From Candidatus Woesearchaeota archaeon (GTDB lineage: Archaea; Nanobdellota; Nanobdellia; SCGC-AAA011-G17; PNOQ01): a stretch of DNA of 64,000 nucleotides. Under the pieces are notes generated by a model. That model did not search any database. It was not told the origin of the DNA and was given only the letters and a program-made list of their open reading frames with translations. Every line of letters begins with the position of its first letter. The first letter of the stretch is position 1. This document shows, one piece after another, positions 57,846 through 64,000 of the stretch. The stretch spans positions 75,780-139,779 of the forward strand of contig JBDRML010000016.1 of the NCBI GenBank assembly GCA_043812195.1, written 5' to 3'. The translations under genes and the position numbers were made by a program.

Positions 57846-58280
57846 ATGACGAGTATAGAAAATAAAAAAAGGTGGCTAGTTTTTATACTAATTTTAGCAA
57901 TAATTCTCATTTCCACAGCATCAAGCACAATAAGCGCAATACAAAAAAGCAGTCAAGATATAATGCCTGAAATTAGTTCAAATCAGGAAATAAATTCTCA
58001 ACAACAAGAAACAATACAGAGTATCAATAAGTATAATATAAACGATCTTCCAACCAGCTTCACATTAAAATTAGGAGAAGAATTCTATTTAGATATTGAC
58101 CCTGAAAACAATAAATACAAATTCTCAGATAATACAGATTTATTTAATATAAATAAAGAAACAGGAGAAATAAGATTTACGCCGCAAGAGGTAGAAGAAT
58201 ATAATGTAGTAATAATCGCTTTAGAGAATGTTAAAAATTTCAATTATAAACTAATTAAACTAAAGGTGATAAACGAATGA
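57846..58280 (+). CDS. Membrane-anchored single cadherin/Ig-like repeat protein
   Basis: FSDNTDLFNINKETGEIRFTP resembles the repeats of the next gene. Confidence 0.7.
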   Translation: MTSIENKKRWLVFILILAIILISTASSTISAIQKSSQDIMPEISSNQEINSQQQETIQSINKYNINDLPTSFTLKLGEEFYLDIDPENNKYKFSDNTDLFNINKETGEIRFTPQEVEEYNVVIIALENVKNFNYKLIKLKVINE

Positions 58281-60946
58281 ATTTAAGAGGATTGTTAAAA
58301 ATAGTATTTATATTTCTAGCATTCATATTCTTAATTAACATAGTAAATGCAGCCGCACCAAATTTAGATGCTATTCTAACTCCTCAAAACCTCACAGAAA
58401 ATGTTGCATTTAATTTAACTATTATTGCATCAGATCCAGAAAGTGGGCCATTAAATTTTTCAGATGATACAAATAATTTTGACATAACTAAAATTAATGA
58501 TACAAACGCTGAGATATTATTCACACCATCAAATAGTATGATTGGTTCATTCATTGCAGTCATAATTGTAATAGACAATGAAAGTTTAGTAGATGCACAA
58601 GCAGTAGAGTTTATAGTTAATGGAATACCTTCTCTAACCAATTTAGCAGATCAGAATGTAACAGCAGGAAACCAGTTTTATTATGATATAAACGCAACTG
58701 ATCCAGAAAACGGAACTAATGTAACATTTGGGGACAATAGTACTCTTTTTAATATTAATACTTCAACAGGAGAAATTAATTTCACTACAGATAATTCTAT
58801 GATTGGAATTTATAGTATAAGCATCTCAGTAAACGATTCTTTAGGAGCAAACACTTCTGGAACTTTCAATTTGGCAATAAACGACCAGCCAAATATAACT
58901 TCTCTGCCTGGAAATGTAACTCTAGAAGATCAAAGTTTTGAAATAAACATATCTGATTTAGTAACAGATACTGTAGGAACACTAACATTTTTTGACAACT
59001 CAACATTTTTTGACATTAACTCATCAACAGGATTAATTAATTTTACACCAGGACAAAACGAAACTGGAAATCATACAATAAATATCACAGTAACAGATAA
59101 TTACGGTTTAAACGACTCAAAAATATGGTCATTAAATATAACCCCAGTTAATGATGCTCCCTCATTCACAAATATTTCAAATGAAACAATAGCAGTAGGA
59201 CTCCAATTTACATTGCAAATTAACGCCACTGATGAAGAAAACGATACTATAACTTATTATGATAATAGCACATTTTTCACAATAAACCAAACAACAGGTT
59301 TAATCAATTTCACAGTAAACAACAGCATGGTAGGAACGCATATAATAAACATAACAGCAAACGATACATCAAGTGCAGCATATTCAGATACATTCAAATT
59401 AATAATAAACACAAACGCAGCCCCAATATTTGGAAAAAATTTTACTATTAACATTAATCCAAATATCGATACCTATGTTGATTCAGAATTCCCAGATACA
59501 GATTATAGAGGAAATGAATACCTACAAATATCAGGCGGAGACACTACAAGAAGAATTTATTTAAATTTTAGTACTGCAACACTTCCAACTTCCACTTCAT
59601 TCATACACTTAGCACAATTAAACTTAACTATAAATTCAAACACCCCAGATACAAACCTTTCAATATATAAAGTAACAACTAATTGGACAGGTGCGAATAT
59701 AACATACAACAATCAACCAAACATAGATTCAGATATGCTAAACAACATTACATCCACAGAAAACGAATCAGCAGATATTTTTAATATAACAGATATAGTC
59801 AGAGAATGGCACAACGGAACACAACCAAAAGTTGGATTATCTCTAAGAATATTCAATGAAAGTCAAAATATAACCTCTATCAAATATTACTCAATAGACT
59901 CTTCAAACAGTACAAAGTGGCCAGTGTTATTTATAATCTATAACAGAACATTACCAAGCCAAAGTATAATATCTGGAAATAATGAAACAAATGTTTTTGA
60001 CCTAGATAATTATTTCTTAGAGCCAGATGGACAAACCATGATATATGGTGTAACAAGTATAGCAAACAATACTGTCAACGTAACAATAAACGCAAATGGA
60101 ACAGTAGATATTTCTACAAGTAGTTCATATACTGGCACAGCAACCGCAACCTTCAACGCTACTGATGGAGCAAATACCACAATTAGTAATCAAATAACAA
60201 TTACAGTAACATCTTCTGGAACCACAACTACCACTTCAGATACTGGAACATCTACAAGCGGAGGCGGAGGCGGAGGTACAAGAACAAAAACTGCTGCTTT
60301 AAGTGTAGAATTAAACAAAAAAAGAGAGTCAATAAGAGAAGGAGAAATATTACAAGTGCCTGTTACATTACAAAACACTGGTAATGTTGTTTTGGGTGGT
60401 GTAACTCTAAGCATTAGAGCAGATAAACCTGGCTTAGTATTAAGATTAACTGCAGACAATTTTGGAGCAATGGACATAAATGAAATTGTACAATCTACAA
60501 TAATAATAGATTCATCTGCAACCACTGAAGAATCATATGTTCTAACATTAGACGCCAGATCGGCTAATCCAGTACTAAGAGAATCATCCTCATTAGTTTT
60601 AGATGTTCTAACAGAATCCGCAAAAGTAAAAGAATTATTAGATTTCACAGTAAATTTCTTTAACAACAACCCAGAGTGCTTAGAATTATTAGAATTAATC
60701 AATAAAGCTGAAATACAACTCCAAGATAAAGATTATGGCAGTGCAACAAGCAATCTTAACATAGCTCTAGAAGCTTGTAAACAAATCTTAAGAACACATG
60801 AAGAACCAAAATTAGCAAAGGGCAGATTTTCACCATTAATAAATACTCTTCTAATCTTAACAATCGCAACAGTTATAATTATAGCTCTTTATTTAGGAAT
60901 AAAAAAAATATTACCAGTTAAAAAAATAAAAAAGAAATGGTTTTAA
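58277..60946 (+). CDS. Surface protein with cadherin-like repeats, DNRLRE-like domain and C-terminal TM
   Basis: Four INATDxE...DNSTxFxIN..TGxINFT repeats; DTYVDSEFPDTDY...FNITDIVREW; Thr/Gly linker; TM helix. Confidence 0.8.
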   Translation: MNLRGLLKIVFIFLAFIFLINIVNAAAPNLDAILTPQNLTENVAFNLTIIASDPESGPLNFSDDTNNFDITKINDTNAEILFTPSNSMIGSFIAVIIVIDNESLVDAQAVEFIVNGIPSLTNLADQNVTAGNQFYYDINATDPENGTNVTFGDNSTLFNINTSTGEINFTTDNSMIGIYSISISVNDSLGANTSGTFNLAINDQPNITSLPGNVTLEDQSFEINISDLVTDTVGTLTFFDNSTFFDINSSTGLINFTPGQNETGNHTINITVTDNYGLNDSKIWSLNITPVNDAPSFTNISNETIAVGLQFTLQINATDEENDTITYYDNSTFFTINQTTGLINFTVNNSMVGTHIINITANDTSSAAYSDTFKLIINTNAAPIFGKNFTININPNIDTYVDSEFPDTDYRGNEYLQISGGDTTRRIYLNFSTATLPTSTSFIHLAQLNLTINSNTPDTNLSIYKVTTNWTGANITYNNQPNIDSDMLNNITSTENESADIFNITDIVREWHNGTQPKVGLSLRIFNESQNITSIKYYSIDSSNSTKWPVLFIIYNRTLPSQSIISGNNETNVFDLDNYFLEPDGQTMIYGVTSIANNTVNVTINANGTVDISTSSSYTGTATATFNATDGANTTISNQITITVTSSGTTTTTSDTGTSTSGGGGGGTRTKTAALSVELNKKRESIREGEILQVPVTLQNTGNVVLGGVTLSIRADKPGLVLRLTADNFGAMDINEIVQSTIIIDSSATTEESYVLTLDARSANPVLRESSSLVLDVLTESAKVKELLDFTVNFFNNNPECLELLELINKAEIQLQDKDYGSATSNLNIALEACKQILRTHEEPKLAKGRFSPLINTLLILTIATVIIIALYLGIKKILPVKKIKKKWF

Positions 60947-62416
60947 TTATTTCTTCCCTTTCTCTTTAAGTTTAATATTAGTACCCCTCAAAGATTTAAC
61001 AATAAATATTGTTTGGTTAACTAAGTTACTAAGTTTAGCTTGAGATATTGGGGTTTTATGATAAGATGTATCAGAAATTAATCCAACAAATGATACAACT
61101 CTTCTTTTATTTCTTAGTTTTCTACTATTTAATTCATTAACCAACTCTTGAAATGTAAATCTATAATTTATAGAATAATATTCTGAAAAGAAATATCTGA
61201 TAATACTAAAGTACTCTTTAATCATTTTTTCAGAATATCCTTTTTTAATATCTATCTTAAGTTTATTTAACTTATGAATAGTAGATGTAACAATCTTTCT
61301 GCCATCTATTTTTTCTTTTTCTTTTTTCTTCTTCATTGAAATACTAAACAATTTTATTCCAAAAATCTTCTTTCTGAATATATAAACAAAAATCAAAATA
61401 ACTATCAAAACCAATACTATTGCTCCATAAATCATATCTCTCATAGGTAATAAAGGAAATTCTAATGCTTCAACACTAAATATTGAAGCATCTTCATAAT
61501 CATTAAAATCATAATTTACAACAGAATAAAAGAAATAATAATCAGAATCTAAATCATTATCAACTGTTAGGCCTTGTGTAAAAATAGTTTCTCCTGACAC
61601 CAATAAAACATTTTCACTCTTAGAATTATATATTTTTCCATCTCTATTTCTAATAGAATATTCAATATCTACTGAAACAGATTCATTATATTTGCTAGTA
61701 ATCTTAACTTCAGCCATTACTTTTTCACCTGGCTGTATTTCTTTACTATCTTCTAAAATAGTAACTTCAACTAAGATAGGTGCATCTTCTTCAAAAATAC
61801 GAAGCAGAATTTCAAGATTTTTTTTAACGCCATCCGCCTCTCCAACAATACTCCCAATATAAATTCCGGGATCAGCATTATCTGATATTAATATATCAAT
61901 ATTAAATTCCTCACTCCTTCCAGGCTTAACACTAACATAATCTCTATCTATAAAAACAAAAGATTCTACATCCTCAACGTCAAGATTTACTCTTGCACTC
62001 ATACCACCAATATTTTTTACTTTTGCTGTTTTTGTTATAGAATCTCCCTGTGCAAGTCTCTCATCTATGATATTGGGATCAAATACAAAATTAGTTATTT
62101 TCATAGCTCCCCCACCACCGCCAGCAGAGCCACCATCAATAACAGTTACTGGCTCTTCTTCAGCAGGACATGATCCACAATCTAAATTGCATTCTGGAGC
62201 AACATTTGTATCTCCACAAGTTTCAGTAGCAGCATTGCAGGCCCCATTACCACATCCTTCTATTACAGTAACATTAATAACACCGATTGCACTTACACGT
62301 GAAGTAGATAATAAAACTGATTCTGAACGATAAATAAAATATACTGGCATAATCAAAGATAAAATTATCACCAAAATACAAAAATAAAAGATTATCTTTT
62401 TCTGAATATCCTTCAT
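60947..62416 (-). CDS. Surface/membrane protein with Cys-rich motif, beta-sandwich domains and cytoplasmic helical tail
   Basis: N-terminal TM, CGNGAC motif, GGGGG linker, PGIYIG, second TM. Confidence 0.7.
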   Translation of the reverse strand: MKDIQKKIIFYFCILVIILSLIMPVYFIYRSESVLLSTSRVSAIGVINVTVIEGCGNGACNAATETCGDTNVAPECNLDCGSCPAEEEPVTVIDGGSAGGGGGAMKITNFVFDPNIIDERLAQGDSITKTAKVKNIGGMSARVNLDVEDVESFVFIDRDYVSVKPGRSEEFNIDILISDNADPGIYIGSIVGEADGVKKNLEILLRIFEEDAPILVEVTILEDSKEIQPGEKVMAEVKITSKYNESVSVDIEYSIRNRDGKIYNSKSENVLLVSGETIFTQGLTVDNDLDSDYYFFYSVVNYDFNDYEDASIFSVEALEFPLLPMRDMIYGAIVLVLIVILIFVYIFRKKIFGIKLFSISMKKKKEKEKIDGRKIVTSTIHKLNKLKIDIKKGYSEKMIKEYFSIIRYFFSEYYSINYRFTFQELVNELNSRKLRNKRRVVSFVGLISDTSYHKTPISQAKLSNLVNQTIFIVKSLRGTNIKLKEKGKK

Positions 62417-63567
62417 CCTTTTCCTCTTTTTTTAAATTTATTAAGTATCTTCTTTCTAAAGATTATAAATATAGTTATAACAATAATAATTAAAGCAACA
62501 ATTATATAAACAACATTATCTGTCTTAGTTTTAACTTTAATATCAAAATCTACACTATTAGAAGAATCTCCATAATAAACCGTAAATTCAGCCGGATATT
62601 TTCCTTTCTCCATATTCCTAGCATCTATAAAAAAATTAACAGCTTTTTCTTGCCATCCATCCATAGAAAAAGATTCACTCTTAAAACTTTTTCTATCATT
62701 ATTATAATTAATAACTAATTCAACATGTACACCTTCAATAGGAGAATTCCAAGTAGATAAAATGGTAGCAGCATATTCACTTATTTTCCCTTCTTCAACA
62801 TAATTTTGCAATTTTAAAATATCAATGTAATAATAACCCAATTTAAATTCAGTGTTCGCTTCATAAGTATTTTTTCCATATTCAATTAAAAGATTGGCTG
62901 TATAAAATCCTGCAGATTGTCCAATAGAATCCCATTTAAAAGAAATCTCTTTTTCTTCATTAATAATTAAAGAATCTTCAAAGGAAATATCTCCAACCTC
63001 ATCACCAACAGAATCAAAAATAGTGATAGTTCCTTTCAAATAATCAATAGGTTCATCACCTAGACTTCTCATAAGAACAGAAAAAGGAACTTTAAATCCT
63101 TTTTCCATATCAGCAGAATGAAATTTGGCATCTAAATAAGGACCGTCATAAGGAACAAGAACTAGTATACTAGCCCTAACTGCAACAAATGCACCAACAC
63201 CCATACCCTCAGCTTTATCAGATAGTTCTGTCTGTCTGATAACTATTCCCCCAGTATGATTACCAGGCCTATCAAAATTAGATGGTAAAATCAAGTTAAA
63301 GTTGAACCCTCTTTTTTCTCCTGGTTCTAATGTAATATTTCTGCCTTCAAAATCTGTATATTGTGCTAGTTCACCATCTATAAAAATTTCCGCATTAAAA
63401 GGAGTATCATCATAACTATTTATTGCAAAAAATTCAATTTGATGTTTAAAATTAGGTTCAAATCCCATAGTGATACTACCAGGACTTATCCCAATTGCAG
63501 AAACATTAATAGGTACAAATAAACAAAATAATAAGATTAATAGTATCACCCATTTCATTATAATCAA
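62413..63567 (-). CDS. Secreted multi-beta-sandwich surface protein with C-terminal TM (paralog of 39298-40506)
   Basis: AIGISPG, FEPN, LPS..RPGNH and VPYDG motifs. Confidence 0.75.
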   Translation of the reverse strand: MIIMKWVILLILLFCLFVPINVSAIGISPGSITMGFEPNFKHQIEFFAINSYDDTPFNAEIFIDGELAQYTDFEGRNITLEPGEKRGFNFNLILPSNFDRPGNHTGGIVIRQTELSDKAEGMGVGAFVAVRASILVLVPYDGPYLDAKFHSADMEKGFKVPFSVLMRSLGDEPIDYLKGTITIFDSVGDEVGDISFEDSLIINEEKEISFKWDSIGQSAGFYTANLLIEYGKNTYEANTEFKLGYYYIDILKLQNYVEEGKISEYAATILSTWNSPIEGVHVELVINYNNDRKSFKSESFSMDGWQEKAVNFFIDARNMEKGKYPAEFTVYYGDSSNSVDFDIKVKTKTDNVVYIIVALIIIVITIFIIFRKKILNKFKKRGKG

Positions 63568-63604
63568 AATATTTAAATGAAGTATTTAAAAATTACTATT
63601 TTAC

Positions 63605-64000
63605 TTATGTTGCAGAACAAGTAAATGTTACAGTACCATTATGATATCCAGTAGGTTCATCACTAGGAACTGTTAAATTAAAGCCGATAGTAACATTATC
63701 TAATGGTGTTCCTCCTGCATTTGCGACAGGGGTTAGTTTACTAACTACAGTAACACCTGCTGCTGCTGCAGGAACATTCTGCCATGTTGTAGTACAAGTA
63801 GAATTTCCATCAGATACATTCTCACACCGAACTGCCCAATAAGCACTCGCAGCACCCTGAGTACTCCACAACCAAACACTATTCTCAACAGTTATAGTAA
63901 TATTAGTATTACCATCATTAGTCAACATCATAAAATCACCAACCAAATCACCACTACCCGTAGCATTAAGGTAAATGCTTTCATTATATTCTCCATTAGC
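63605..64000 (-). CDS. Secreted beta-sandwich protein, partial (5' end outside window)
   Basis: Open to the window end; NDGNTN...LTVPSDEPTG resembles the last domain of the giant protein (NDGNVL...TTPIDEPVG). Confidence 0.7.
   Translation of the reverse strand, partial: ANGEYNESIYLNATGSGDLVGDFMMLTNDGNTNITITVENSVWLWSTQGAASAYWAVRCENVSDGNSTCTTTWQNVPAAAAGVTVVSKLTPVANAGGTPLDNVTIGFNLTVPSDEPTGYHNGTVTFTCSAT

Noticed and set aside
2734-62333. Numerous antisense or alternate-frame ORFs in the track (e.g. 2734-3045, 18957-19313, 30026-30487, 51663-52112, 60190-60702)
   Set aside because: They are shadows of well-supported genes, with Phe/Leu/Ser-rich composition typical of AT-rich reverse strands and no motifs.
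1-64000. CRISPR array, rRNA, integrase or DDE transposase
   Set aside because: No regularly spaced repeat-spacer array, no long GC-rich structural RNA and no recognisable recombinase/transposase catalytic motifs were seen. The IS1-like Zn ribbon at 53879 is fused to a PD-(D/E)XK domain instead.

Overview
Very AT-rich archaeal chromosomal window. Gene content and protein style point to DPANN (Woesearchaeota/Pacearchaeota-like); this taxonomy is inferred. The first ~23 kb is mostly housekeeping (PCNA, TFS, Sec11, RpoL, MBF1, ScpB, TrmY, aRF1, ValRS, class I LysRS, S19e/L39e/L31e, Cbf5, a small histone, Hjc). It is interleaved with toxin-antitoxin pairs, a RelA/SpoT-domain gene and a free-standing NUMOD3 endonuclease. 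The remaining ~41 kb is dominated by large secreted/surface proteins, a MoxR-DUF58-vWA locus, a GGDEF protein and small accessory cassettes. Main observations: (1) The ~3470-aa surface protein contains two copies of a domain with no recognisable Hint motifs that runs from Ser-Pro-Phe to His-Asn followed by Thr/Ser. Both copies sit at the same loop of a repeated host domain whose third copy is empty. This is an intein-like signature, and one copy carries a complete UbiA prenyltransferase as in-frame cargo. (2) cbf5 is split by a 17-nt bulge-helix-bulge (BHB) mRNA intron inside the catalytic Asp codon. (3) A tRNA-Phe(GAA) carries three BHB introns (18/19, 30/31, 37/38) that probably must be removed in order. 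All calls were made by eye from motifs; no database searches were run.
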